From: Nemertoderma westbladi | Lineage: Eukaryota > Animalia > Xenacoelomorpha | Assembly: GCA_032718475.1 (NCBI GenBank) | Contig: JAUCBJ010005949.1 | Coordinates: 49,638-113,637 of the forward strand | DNA length: 64,000 bases | Direction of reading: 5' to 3' | Shown here: positions 27,420 to 38,891 of the stretch, in pieces | Layout of the letters: every line of letters starts with the position of its first letter | How positions within the stretch are numbered: position 1 is the first letter of the stretch | Made by a program: the position numbers and the translations under genes | The notes under the pieces: generated by a model | Databases searched by the model: none | Told to the model about the DNA's origin: nothing | Seen by the model: the letters and a program-made list of their open reading frames with translations, nothing else

Positions 27420-30400
27420 CTAAGCTGGGGAGTCCCTAGATGTTTGTTGAATTAGGGAGGTGGTCGTGGGAAGAGTATCTTGTCTCCCATAGTTTCCGGA
27501 GAGTTCTCTGTCTCTTTCCAGTAAACATAAGTGACCAACTGGGCGATTGGGCTGCTGCGTCTCGAAGACAATTCCCGGTTTCTTGAAGTTACGTCGCATG
27601 ACGACGAGTTCTACCGATCGCACCAAACCATCATAAGAGATGTGAGTCTCGATGATACGACCTGTCTGCCACCGCTTACGTGGAAGATCTACATCCACAA
27701 TAAGAACCATGTCTCCAGCGCTGACGTTTTCTTGCTGCGCAAACCACTTAGTTCGAAGTTGTAGCGTGGGCAGATAATGTTTTTCAAAATGATCAGCGAA
27801 ACGACGGGATAACAACTGCATGAGTTGCCAAGTTTGCCGGCAGTATTCGTCTCCGTCTGTGATTTCCGATTGTGGGAGCATGGCTACAGGTTTCTTTAGT
27901 AGGAAATGCGCGGGTGTTAGCGCTTCCAGGGAATCGGGACTCGATGAGACTGGCATAAGCGGTCTCTCGTTGAGATAGGCGGCGATTTCCTCCATTAACG
28001 TCCGCAAAAGTTCGTCGGTGAGATACGCGCGGCAAGGCACTATAAAGTGAAATGCTGTCTTCACACTTCTTATTAATCTCTCCCAACTTCCTCCCCACCA
28101 AGGGGCGTCGGCGGCGTTGAAGGTCCAGCTAGACGCTGTTACTCGTAGCTGATCGTCCACCTGTCTTTGGTTCCAATCTTTGACGTAAGCTTTGATTTCA
28201 TTGTTGGCACCAATGAAGTTAGTTCCCTTATCAGATCTCATCGTGTTACTAGTGCCAAAGCGAGCGATCTGTCGTCGTAAGCTTAATAGGAAGCTGTTGG
28301 TCGATAAATCGTTCACCATATCGAGATGGATAGCTCTACAAGTCATACAAACAAAGATTACACACCATCTCTTGACTATAGTCCTAGCACGATATACTTC
28401 AATAGGGCCAAATAAATCCACACCGGTATTAGTAAAGGGTGGTTCATAGAAGCTTACTCGTTCCCTAGGTAATTCTGCCTCTCGCTGTGTTAAAGGCCTA
28501 CTGAATGCTTTCCTACAGGGTATACAGTTCCTAAGAACTTGGTTCAGAGCTCTACGGGGTTTATAAAAATAATAGCGAGTTCGAATTTCGCTAAGAACTC
28601 GTTCCCTACCAGCATGATAAAGTTTGCTGTGAACATCTACAATCATCTTGACTTGTATTTCAAGATTTCTAATGAGTATGGGGAACTTAGTGTCAAAGGA
28701 TAATGGAGCATTCGTTAATCTTCCTCCAACACGTATCAACCCATCTCTCATTGTGCTAGAGAAACGATCCCTTAAGCGCATCTGTGGATTTCTCAACAAC
28801 AGGAAATACTTATCGGAATCTTCATAGCATTGCAGGAGTCTCAGCATCTGCTTGTTGGTTTCTTCATGCTCCTGATAACTGATCTTCTCCTTCAGAAACC
28901 TGTCGGGTATCTTATATTTGGGAAGATCTTTAATAACATGGACCTGCACTGATGTTATTGGAGCGGTATCACCTTTGGCCTTCATTCCGGTGTAGTGATG
29001 GTGAAAACATCTCTTTAAATATGTAACGGCCTTACAGAGCCGATTCCAGGAACTGTAGTGATGTATCGCTCTCTGCAGAAGAGGTGAGAGTCCTTGCGAG
29101 ACGTCTGGTATTCCAGATTTCCAATCCTTATCACGGATTTCCACAACAAGTTTATTTGTGGCTGTGGGTTTCTGATCCAAAGCGTCGTCTCCGGAAGTAT
29201 GTAGTACAGACAGATCTACCATAGGTTTGAATAACTTCGATTTACTCGCCCGAGTTTTAGGTTTGACTTTCTCCGCTCCCTTGGCCTGTCTAATCTCTGT
29301 GGTAGTAAGATGAGGAGGCCATTCTTCTTCTTCTTTGTAGAGGAAGTCGGGTCCACCTAACCAGTCTGGAGTGTCTACCAGTTCTTGTGGAGTTGCTCCC
29401 CTGGAGGCGATGTCTGCTGGATTAATCGTTCCGGGGCAATGTCTCCATTGATCCATCGTTGTGCGACTGAGTATAATGGCTACTCTGTTGGTAACGAAGA
29501 CGCTGAACTGACAGACTTCATTGGTTATATACTCCAACACGAGTAAAGCGTCGGTCCAATAGACAGTTTTCTCCAGTGGATAGTCGATCAGTTCTGTTAC
29601 ATTTCGGCCGATGGCTGTAGCGTATAGAGCCGCTTTTAACTCCGCTCGAGGAACTTTCAACTTATTGTTTATCAATGCCTTAGAAGTAACCAAGGCGACT
29701 TTGATTCCGTCCGGAGTTTCCACCCTTAGGTAGGCTACTATACCTATTCCCATATCGCTGGCGTCTCCAAACACATGGAGTTGATAGGAATACGTAGGGA
29801 GAACATGACCAAAATATGAACGGGAAATTATAAAGTTCTCGATGGCTGGTAGAGAATCTTCCCATTTCATCCACTTCTTTAATAATTCTCCCTTAAGTGG
29901 ATCGTCCCATGAGTGGTTTTCAAGCCACATTTGTTGTACTAAACTCCGAGCAATCAATATAACTGGGCTAATAAATCCCAATGGATCGAAATAAGTGCTC
30001 AGGATACTTAAACAAATCCGTTTAGTCCGAACTGGATTATCTCGCTGTTTTAGTTGGAAAAACAGGATATCTCTTTCGGTGTCCCATTTCAAACTAAGGG
30101 TCTTAGTTTCTGGGAGATCATCTTTTATTAGATCCAGGTCTTTTGCTCCTCGATCTTCTACCGGGATCGACTCCAGAAACTCACGGGAGTTGCTGGTGAA
30201 TTTAGTTAATCGAAATCCACCTCTTTTTAAGCACTCTACCGTTCCTTTAGCGACATCGATGGCTTCTTCGACTGATGGAAGGGACTTTAGATTGTCGTCC
30301 ATGTATATATCCCGCTTAATGTTGTCAATCACCTCTTTAGAGAAGGCGTCTCGGTTGTCATCCGCAGTGGTGCGCACCACGGAACAGGCGTTTGAGGGGC

Positions 30401-33400
30401 TCGAGATTATCCCAAAAGCTTGGATGGTCATCCAGTACTCCACCGGTTTCTGGTTGAGGTCTCCTTCAGGCCACCACAGAAATCTTAGGCTATCTCGATC
30501 CCTATCCAGCGCTTTGACTTGTAAGAACATGCCTTCTATATCTGAGGCGAAAGCAATGGAATATTGTCTTAATCTTAAAAGTATTCCCAACAATGATTGG
30601 AGTAAGTTGGGTCCGGGTAGCAATTCAGAATTAAGGGATTGGCCCATATAGAGGGCGGAGCCGTCAAACACCACTCGTACTTCATGGGGTTTACCGGGTT
30701 TGGGAACATAATGGTGAGTTAAATAATACGTTCTCTCAGTTATAGGTGTTTCTTCCGGTACTAGCTCCGCATATCCCTTGCTAATAAACTTCTTCAACTG
30801 CGTTTGATACATTTCTTTAGCTGAAGAATTTGCCGTAAGGCGTCGATGTAGTTGAGCAATTCTTTTCTCCGCCAAGGGTCTGTTGTTTACGAACTTTGGT
30901 TCTCGCTTTCGGAAAGGTAGACCGATGTCATATCTACCTTGATCTTTAAGAAAACGTGTAGTGGTCTCTTGGATCTGCTTGGCTCTTTCTTCCTCTACCG
31001 ATAGGGCCTTATCATAGGAGTTGGGCTCTACAGCCTCTTGAGTAAAGAATCGTACGGCGTGTTCGTCCCGAGTCTTGGCATTATAACGTTCAATGAAGTC
31101 ATTAAGCTCGTCGTTATAGTCGTCTCGCTCTGATGGAAGAAGGAGTTGACATAAGTTCACTTGGTTTTGCCAAGTCTCGTTTTCCTTAAGGAGATCGATG
31201 GCATTCTCCTCGTCAAAAAGTTGGTGGACATCGTCATTATCTGAGGAGTATGGTGTTCCCTCAGTTGGATCGTCTAACTCACTGCTCTCGACTTCCCATT
31301 CTCTCACTTGACATACCTCGTCTTTCGGTAATCTTTCCATGAGGGTTCTACGGGAAGGGCCAGTAAAGTACCAACCCACTCTAGTTCTTCCCGCATAAGC
31401 TTGTAGTGGTTGCGGTTGAGCGGGCCGTTTCTCCAATGTCTTGAGCGCTTCATGCGCGTTTTGACCGATGAGTATTTGCACTCCAGGGTAATCGGTGTTG
31501 AATCTAGGTATTTCCAGCTCCTGGGTGAAATCATCCTCATCCCAGTTATAAGGTTCCACTTGGGTGGTAGCGAAGTTCTTTATCGCCACCATTTTTACTG
31601 ACCTTATACTATGTTCTCCTAGTTCATCCTGGGGGGTGGACAACGCACCTACATAATAATCCGCGATTACTGTAGATTTCCAAACCTGCATAATTCCTGA
31701 CATGTTTAGCTTAGTTCGGAACTTGGGTTGTCCAGCAAAGATGTCTTCGGCTAGTTCTTTGTCGATGAATGTTCCTGTACTACCGGAGTCAAGGAGGGCG
31801 TTCACTACATAACTCCTTTTAGGTCCGTGGACCCTTACCTGTACTACAGGAAATTCTCGGATTCCTACATTGGAAGGTGGCGCTTTCCAAGATGGTTGTC
31901 GATCAGAAGTAGTTAGGGTGAGGTCGCTGTCTGTGTCTTTTTCATAGGTAAGTGCTCGATACACTGCGGTATTTATCATGTAACAGGATTCACCTTCGTC
32001 GGAGAATTCATCTGTATAGAATCCTTCCATCTCAGAACTTTGGTCAGTGTCGTTCACATCACTGAATTGGACATGTAGTTCGGAATCACTTACCTGACTC
32101 TGGCTGTTTCGCTCAAATTCAGTGTGCAACAAGATATGATGTTTCGCACCGCACTTGGCACACCTTGTGTCGGAGTAACAGGTTCGCCGTTGGTGTCCTT
32201 GTCTGAGGCAATTATAACACAACCGCTTATCCCACATGACTTCCCGTCTCTCCGCTAATGATTTCTTCAGGAATTCATCACACATATTCAAACGGTGGGT
32301 CCCGTCACATAGCGCACATTTCGGTTTGATGTTACTTACCTTATTTTGAATAACATTATGCACGCTCGTTCTTTCTTCGGGCTTTCTCACCTGAATTCTC
32401 TTGGGAGACGTAGGAGGAGTTTTTCTTTCCTGTTCTCTCCTGTCATTGGTTCGAGACTTGAATTTACTCACCTGTTCTTTAGGCGTTTTATTGACATAAT
32501 AAGTTCTTTCAGTGTCTTTCCCGCTAACCTCTCCTTGAGAAGTCTGGCTTTCGCCGTCGTCTGTATAACACACTGGTGTTACCTTTCTCCTAGAGACGGG
32601 TTTCTCACTTACCTTGTTTTCCGGTGTCTTCTCTCTGGACTGCTTTATGAGCTGTAATTTCACTTCGCCATCCAGGAATGACATGAGATCAGCCATGGTA
32701 GGGTCTCGTTGTTGATGTTCCATCATATATAACACTTTCTTGTCCCAGCGTGTACCTACTCCACCCTTCGGTAAAGTAGAAGCCACTGCTCTAATAACCA
32801 TAGCACTCTGATACTCATGAGACTTACCTAGCCAATCTAATTGTCTGCAGATCTCCTGAATCTCATCGGAAAACTCTATAATCCCGCTGCTAATAAACTT
32901 TCGGGGCGCTACCAACTTTGCATACAAATACCCAGCTATGTTATTCCTATTACCATACCTGATGTTTAGTGTATCCCAAACTTGTCTTAATCCGTCTGGA
33001 TGTCCAATAAACTTTAACGCCATTAACTTGGGAGATCCTTCCAAGCACTCGATGAGGAATCTAAGTTTCTCTCCATTAGATAGCACAGAGTTCTGTATGT
33101 TATCTTTGTAATATTCATTAAAAGGTAACCATTTCATCTCATCTCCATTGAACTTGACTATCTCTCCCACCTTTACCGCTTGGCGGGCTTCGGTTCTAGC
33201 CATTTGACGCGTAAAACTTTCTTGGGCCATCGTGTTATTTAATATCGAGTTATCGGTATATAAATTTCTCGGATTATGATCAGGTCTATAGAGAATATCA
33301 CTATCAACAGGTCTATAATTACCCTTAATAGGGTTTACTATAGGAGTTTCTACTTCGCTAGCAGTATAGATGCGTGTAGGCTCCACACCTTGCGCATGAG

Positions 33401-34700
33401 ATACTTCAGACCTAACAGGTTGACACATTGTTACCGGGGGTGGTGGTATACCCTTTTGTGTATTTACTAATTTATAGCGTTCTAACGCGATACTTTGCTG
33501 CACTTCTTGCAACTCTAACCTACTTTCCCTTACTGTGCCCTTGAATTGCTGAACGGTCTCCTGCATCTGCCCGAGCAGGAGATCCATCCCCCGTCGTCTC
33601 TCATCCACCCACTCGACCGCCGAAGCGGGAGCCGCCAACGTTGTAGCGGGCCGACGAGGGACAACGGGCGACAAATCATTAATATTTTGCTTGGAGTCCA
33701 GGACATGAACATTTTCAAGGGTGGTTCTGTGTGGCACAGATAGCTTAGTGCTGTGCAGAGGGAATTTAGAGGTAGGTTCAGGGAGTACAGGTGTCTCTAC
33801 CACAGAAAGGGTGGCTTCGGGAACAGGCCCAATTATTTCAGGCTCATCTACTATAGTAGGGAGTCTTTCTATTTTAATTATTGGGTCTGTGGGTTCTGTA
33901 CTACCTAAGTTTGTGTTATTTAGTTGCCTTCTAACAGCTGGAGGCAAATCAGGCAATTTCTGACGGTGGGATGTTCTTCTACGTCTGCTTAGACGAGACC
34001 TATTTCCTTTGCCTTCAGTATCGGTGGTATCGCCTTCCTCAGATGATGTATATCCCTGTCTTTTGGGAGTAGATCGATTCATCATCTGCATATTACTAGC
34101 TGTTAACTGTTTATTTATGCAGTCTTGATTCTCCTGAATGTTTTCCAATTCTAATTGGGTGGTTTCTTCAGCCGCTCTCCGTTCTGCTTCTGCCACTGCC
34201 TCTGCCGCTTTTCTTTCCGCTTCTGCCGCCGCCGCCTTTCTTTCCGCCTCGGCCGCTGCCACTTTTCTTTCTGCTTCTGCAGCTTCCACTGCTGCTGCCA
34301 CTGCCGCTGCCTTTCTGTCCTCTATACGTTTTTTCTTTACTTGTTCTTCTTGGACTCTAGCGATGCGGAGTTGTTCATCAAATTTAGCTTGGTTCGCAGC
34401 TCTCATATCCACGTCGATGGCGTCCAACACACGCTGGGTTCCTTCACTATTAGGTCTAAGTCCATCCAGCCTTCTCCTCAACTCTTCATCACCTAAAAAA
34501 CGTTGATAGTCTGACAGATAGATGTCAATGGCATCCCTCTTATGCGGTTTCTCTGCCGTCGCTTCACTTTCCACTTGGGAAAAAGTAGCATCTGTTGATT
34601 CTCCATGGGTTGAGCGCTCCTCCAGCTGAGCTTTCCACTGAGCCATTCCTTGAACCTGGAGACTCACCCGTTGAAACCAAGTCTTTACGGCAACTTGCAA
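27420..34700 (-). CDS. gag-pol: Gag-Pol polyprotein (2426 aa open frame), BEL/Pao type
   Basis: Gag knuckles; PR ALLDSGS; RT DIEGMFLQV and YMDD; RNase H VFGDAS, PRAELKAA, YWTD; integrase H-H-C-C, GVDLFGP, SDKGTNF, WGGSWERLIRSVK. True start uncertain (first ATG at 35477). Confidence 0.95.
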   Translation of the reverse strand: MQVAVKTWFQRVSLQVQGMAQWKAQLEERSTHGESTDATFSQVESEATAEKPHKRDAIDIYLSDYQRFLGDEELRRRLDGLRPNSEGTQRVLDAIDVDMRAANQAKFDEQLRIARVQEEQVKKKRIEDRKAAAVAAAVEAAEAERKVAAAEAERKAAAAEAERKAAEAVAEAERRAAEETTQLELENIQENQDCINKQLTASNMQMMNRSTPKRQGYTSSEEGDTTDTEGKGNRSRLSRRRRTSHRQKLPDLPPAVRRQLNNTNLGSTEPTDPIIKIERLPTIVDEPEIIGPVPEATLSVVETPVLPEPTSKFPLHSTKLSVPHRTTLENVHVLDSKQNINDLSPVVPRRPATTLAAPASAVEWVDERRRGMDLLLGQMQETVQQFKGTVRESRLELQEVQQSIALERYKLVNTQKGIPPPPVTMCQPVRSEVSHAQGVEPTRIYTASEVETPIVNPIKGNYRPVDSDILYRPDHNPRNLYTDNSILNNTMAQESFTRQMARTEARQAVKVGEIVKFNGDEMKWLPFNEYYKDNIQNSVLSNGEKLRFLIECLEGSPKLMALKFIGHPDGLRQVWDTLNIRYGNRNNIAGYLYAKLVAPRKFISSGIIEFSDEIQEICRQLDWLGKSHEYQSAMVIRAVASTLPKGGVGTRWDKKVLYMMEHQQRDPTMADLMSFLDGEVKLQLIKQSREKTPENKVSEKPVSRRKVTPVCYTDDGESQTSQGEVSGKDTERTYYVNKTPKEQVSKFKSRTNDRREQERKTPPTSPKRIQVRKPEERTSVHNVIQNKVSNIKPKCALCDGTHRLNMCDEFLKKSLAERREVMWDKRLCYNCLRQGHQRRTCYSDTRCAKCGAKHHILLHTEFERNSQSQVSDSELHVQFSDVNDTDQSSEMEGFYTDEFSDEGESCYMINTAVYRALTYEKDTDSDLTLTTSDRQPSWKAPPSNVGIREFPVVQVRVHGPKRSYVVNALLDSGSTGTFIDKELAEDIFAGQPKFRTKLNMSGIMQVWKSTVIADYYVGALSTPQDELGEHSIRSVKMVAIKNFATTQVEPYNWDEDDFTQELEIPRFNTDYPGVQILIGQNAHEALKTLEKRPAQPQPLQAYAGRTRVGWYFTGPSRRTLMERLPKDEVCQVREWEVESSELDDPTEGTPYSSDNDDVHQLFDEENAIDLLKENETWQNQVNLCQLLLPSERDDYNDELNDFIERYNAKTRDEHAVRFFTQEAVEPNSYDKALSVEEERAKQIQETTTRFLKDQGRYDIGLPFRKREPKFVNNRPLAEKRIAQLHRRLTANSSAKEMYQTQLKKFISKGYAELVPEETPITERTYYLTHHYVPKPGKPHEVRVVFDGSALYMGQSLNSELLPGPNLLQSLLGILLRLRQYSIAFASDIEGMFLQVKALDRDRDSLRFLWWPEGDLNQKPVEYWMTIQAFGIISSPSNACSVVRTTADDNRDAFSKEVIDNIKRDIYMDDNLKSLPSVEEAIDVAKGTVECLKRGGFRLTKFTSNSREFLESIPVEDRGAKDLDLIKDDLPETKTLSLKWDTERDILFFQLKQRDNPVRTKRICLSILSTYFDPLGFISPVILIARSLVQQMWLENHSWDDPLKGELLKKWMKWEDSLPAIENFIISRSYFGHVLPTYSYQLHVFGDASDMGIGIVAYLRVETPDGIKVALVTSKALINNKLKVPRAELKAALYATAIGRNVTELIDYPLEKTVYWTDALLVLEYITNEVCQFSVFVTNRVAIILSRTTMDQWRHCPGTINPADIASRGATPQELVDTPDWLGGPDFLYKEEEEWPPHLTTTEIRQAKGAEKVKPKTRASKSKLFKPMVDLSVLHTSGDDALDQKPTATNKLVVEIRDKDWKSGIPDVSQGLSPLLQRAIHHYSSWNRLCKAVTYLKRCFHHHYTGMKAKGDTAPITSVQVHVIKDLPKYKIPDRFLKEKISYQEHEETNKQMLRLLQCYEDSDKYFLLLRNPQMRLRDRFSSTMRDGLIRVGGRLTNAPLSFDTKFPILIRNLEIQVKMIVDVHSKLYHAGRERVLSEIRTRYYFYKPRRALNQVLRNCIPCRKAFSRPLTQREAELPRERVSFYEPPFTNTGVDLFGPIEVYRARTIVKRWCVIFVCMTCRAIHLDMVNDLSTNSFLLSLRRQIARFGTSNTMRSDKGTNFIGANNEIKAYVKDWNQRQVDDQLRVTASSWTFNAADAPWWGGSWERLIRSVKTAFHFIVPCRAYLTDELLRTLMEEIAAYLNERPLMPVSSSPDSLEALTPAHFLLKKPVAMLPQSEITDGDEYCRQTWQLMQLLSRRFADHFEKHYLPTLQLRTKWFAQQENVSAGDMVLIVDVDLPRKRWQTGRIIETHISYDGLVRSVELVVMRRNFKKPGIVFETQQPNRPVGHLCLLERDRELSGNYGRQDTLPTTTSLIQQTSRDSPA

Positions 34701-35477
34701 CGACGTGTCTTTCTTCTTTTAGAAGCCTCCTCGATAAGATTAGCCTGATTCGTAGAATTCTTTCTCTAACTTGATAAAGCAGCTGTCCCTGCTCTTGAGG
34801 TCCTTGGGGTTGTTGAAACAGTTGTTCTTTTAATCGCTCCATAGAGCTGAAGAATCTCTGTGCGTATCCGGCTGCGGACCTCTTCCACACAGCTGGATCG
34901 ATGGTTTCTTTGGTTACTCCCATCCTGTGTATATCTTCCCAGGCAGCTTCTGATAAATCAAACGGGAATCCGGGTCCGGGGAAGTTCCATTGCGACTCGA
35001 CAATAGACTTCAGTTCTTCCCTTGTGTATCCCGCATAACTATCTTTAGTCGATCGCTTACTTCTCGCCCAATCGATCTGGTGTTCTTCCACCGCAATCAA
35101 TAACCTAGTGAGTACGGCTGCAGGAAGGATGAGAAGGGGATCCGAATAAACCGCATCCGTCATCTTTGCTCCGCGCTCGGGTGTCAGCTCTACAGTATCC
35201 TCACTACTGGAGCTGTCGGCCGTTGAGAAATAAGTTCTTGGCTCGCGGGTTGTTGTTGTTCCGCTGCTTCTTGGTCCCGCTTGACCTGAGCTCTAGTGCC
35301 TATGATAGACCTACGGTGTTGGACCAGCCTAGGTTCTGATATTACTACTGGGGGAATGATCTTTCTTACAGTAGGAGGTGAGTTGAACTTTGGTTTAACA
35401 CGTTCCACACTCCTGTCTAGGTCACATATGGTTGTATCTAGGAGACTGTCTGACAGATTTTGCTTTGTGTCAGACAT
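34564..35477 (-). CDS. Gag N-terminal region of B split over two short frames (35190..35477 and 34564..35163)
   Basis: Starts MSDTKQNLSDSLLDTT like A and C; about 770 bp of it is absent from C and more from A. Confidence 0.55.
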
Positions 35478-37721
35478 GTTGGTTTGTACAGTTGAATGCC
35501 TACTGCTATATTACAGTTTAAGCAAGTCTAGTAATTCAGTATCACTGTTAGCCTAGTAATTAATTACCGATACTGCTACTCAGTGTAGCGTGATATATAT
35601 ATATAATATATTAGAATACAGGTATGCTTATAGTATATATAAGTATTATTACAGACTAGGTTTGTCACAGAATACCAGTAGGTAATTTCAGCACAAGTAT
35701 ATATAAATATATAATAGGCCTATCGTGAATACCGGTATACAGCTTACACTGATAATGTATATAAGTATAATTATTAACTAGAATTAATTACAGAATACCG
35801 GTATGATTTCAGCCTAAATTTATAGAAATAAATATAATAAGCCTATCGTGAATACCGGTATGTCAATTATTTTGGAATAATTGAATTTCTGAATTTTTAG
35901 GGGTTACTTGGTTACTTTAACTTACTATATTACCGTTATTTAAGCAGTAGTCCCACTGATATTGAGACCTAGTTGTTGTATGGCAGGCCTACTATTTATA
36001 AATCGTTTGAGTTGATTTATAATATATATACCCGTTTAATGGGTTTTTGTGTCAATATTTGAAATAAACATTATTATTTCTGGGGGGAGTCACTACACAG
36101 AAGCTGTGTGCTCTCAGTGGAGTGCTACTTGTTGGACACTAAAAACAAATAATTCTAATTTACCTAAGTTACTTAATACTACAAATTACGTACAATTCGG
36201 GGTGAGATTACAATCTCTAAATAAACACAAAAATTACAAGTACGAATTTTTAGGGTAATTTTACAAGAAGTCTACAAACCAGCCTAACAAAGAGTTAGAT
36301 TATCTGGTTATTACAAAGGACAGGGTACTACGGTATTTGAAAATAATAAGTAGTAGTAAATATACTGCGTTGTCCAGATAGGAAAATACCACCGTCTGAC
36401 GACTTATAGCCGTATCGCTATAAGTACTACGTTATGTATCACGGAGTGTTCCTACCTAGAAGTTAATTACCGCGGTCTACCAGAACCAACGTGCCTATTA
36501 ACCACTTTACAACACAATATACTGCCCACACACTAATCACCTTCGGAAAGCACTGTACACTAAACCCTAAATTAGGTACAAGTACTTGTACAACAAATAA
36601 TTAGTAGTTAAAAATACTTGAACAGCTAAAAGAACCACGGTATCTGCCGGAGTGACCAAAGCATAAAATCTCCAGTCTTTACCTACGCCGAGCAGCCCTG
36701 ATATAGTACCGGGGTTAGTTTAACTGTAACGGTATATATAACAAGCACAATTACTGTAGGAATAAACTTGGGGAATGAATGTTGCGAATAATCGCATAAA
36801 CTCTGAATAATAAATATTACGCTACGCGTACAGACTACTCAAACAAAATGCAGACCAAATACTGACAGACTACTATCAAGCCTAAACAAACTACGGTATA
36901 TGCAGACTCCGAAATGGTTAGTTAGTATGCGTTCTAACCTAGTAGTACGACTTATTCTTTCAGAGGGGGTTTACCTCACAGCACTGGAAGCCCCTACGTT
37001 CCCAACTGGCACTTTATCGGACATACACTCTACATACACCGAAATTTCCTCAGACCTAACAACAGCCAGACAACTATCCAGCCTACAAATAATCTAAATA
37101 AGAATTATACGTTACCTGTACAGACTACACAAACAAAGTACAGACCAAACGATGGCAGACTACTATCAAGCCTAAATAAACTACAGTATATGCAGACTCC
37201 GAAATGATTAGTTAGTATGCGTTCTAACCTAGTAGTACGACTTATTCTTTCAAAGGGGGTTTACCTCACAGCACTTGAAGCCCCTACGTTCCTAACTAGC
37301 ACTTTATCGGACAGATGCTCTACACACACTGCAATCCGTTCAGACTTAACAACAGTTAGACAACAGTCCAGCCTACAAATTATCTGTACAATCTGAGCAG
37401 GCTTACACGCCTTCTGCTCAATATTAGCCTACAAATAAATAAAACTTGACAGAAATAAGTAAAATCTCAATAAAAAACCAGGGCGGCCGTCCCTGATTAA
37501 TTATTAAGGCCTACCGGTATATAATTATCAAAATTGAATAATACTGCTGTACCTGTACTGCTGTAGGTACCGGTCCGGGTGGTTAGGTAGTCAGGCCTAC
37601 TGGGTACCGGTTGCCGGTACTTCAGCTTTATTGCCTACTGCAATACAGAAGCTATGTCCGTTATTGTTCTTACCAGAACAATATTAAACTGTATTTATTG
37701 CCTACCCTGCAATCCGAACTT

Positions 37722-37733
37722 TATATCCGTTAT
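37722..37733 (-). promoter_or_regulatory. Non-tRNA primer-binding site of B (ATAACGGATATA), complementary to LTR 38451-38462
   Basis: Exact 12-nt inverted match; abuts the LTR end. Confidence 0.8.
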
Positions 37734-38891
37734 TGTTCGCGCTTTCAGACCTTTAGCAGTTTAACCTGCCAAATTAGGATGTCTTCTAGATAATAGATAG
37801 TCTTTAGCCTACGACAAATATTTGATACATTACATTAGCCGAAACCAGTCTATGCGCGATCATTCACCCGCTGGATATACCCGGGAGACTGGATTCGGAA
37901 GCCTAATCGTATTGCGGGATAGGCCTACTGTATTATTCGACTGATCTTAGTATATATAATCTCTGACAAATATTATTCACTTTCGGGAAATATTAACAGT
38001 TCCTTTAGGACGTGGCGCTCTAAATATATAAACAGAGTTATGACTTAAACTATACACAACGGGATGGCTATAGATTCACGTATATGGCGCATTCTTTAGG
38101 AGATGCTTCGTTATCAATCGCAATCATACACAATACTGCACAATGCTGCACACCAATCTGCCGACCTTTACTAATTTTAGTCACATATAAGGAGAACAAC
38201 AGACAATACGTGTAGGGCCTATAAAATAGCATTAGATTCACTTCAACCCACTCAATGTAAGTCGCAATCGTTATATGTATCCGGTCTCTCTAACCTTTAG
38301 TATATCAAGAAGATTGGGGTGTCTGATTGTTTATCAGTATTCCGAATATAATGTTCCATCAACAAATATAATGAATAACCGACAGCAAAGCAGTAATGTT
38401 AAGGTATGAATGATTATGAGTGACTGAGTGAGATATGATCAGTGAGTAAGATAACGGATATACGTTCTATAATTAAGCCTACTAATGTTGAACTAAAGAC
38501 TGAAACACGGAGGTTCCACGCCGGTGTTGTAGGCTGTGGAAAAATCACATACTGACTCAACTCCAAGAGTTTCTATCTACCATCTAACACAGAGGCAAAA
38601 AACGCTCTGATTGGTCGACCGATCAAAGAGAGAACAAAGAACAAAGAGATGTTCTACGTTGCAATATCAGCTGTTAGCCATCGTCATGGTAGCTACACTG
38701 TTTCAAGAGGATCCGGCTTATTGCGTCATAAAATTGAGGATTATGTCCGCTAAAGTACACATACAGAAGAAATTACTTTTATGTCCTCTAAAACAACAAT
38801 ACAGTAAGGACACGGCCTTTTATGCCTGGTGAACCAACTACAGAGTACTTTACGGGGAAAATAACCGGCTAATTACGCAAAAGCCTTTACA
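37734..38891 (-). repeat. 5' LTR of element B
   Basis: Direct repeat of 20304-21461; TGTAAAGGC...GCGCGAACA on the minus strand. Confidence 0.95.

Larger units (their letters stand above)
20304..38891 (-). mobile_element. Element B: full-length BEL/Pao LTR retrotransposon (18,588 bp) with extra ORF2
   Basis: 1158-bp LTRs at 20304-21461 and 37734-38891 (about 8 differences spotted), TSD CCTCT (20299-20303, 38892-38896), PR-RT-RH-IN order. Confidence 0.95.

Noticed and set aside
29995-30651. 218-aa antisense ORF over RT, also at 54656..55312
   Set aside because: Conservation is explained by near identity of B and C and by the sense-strand RT; it has no independent features.
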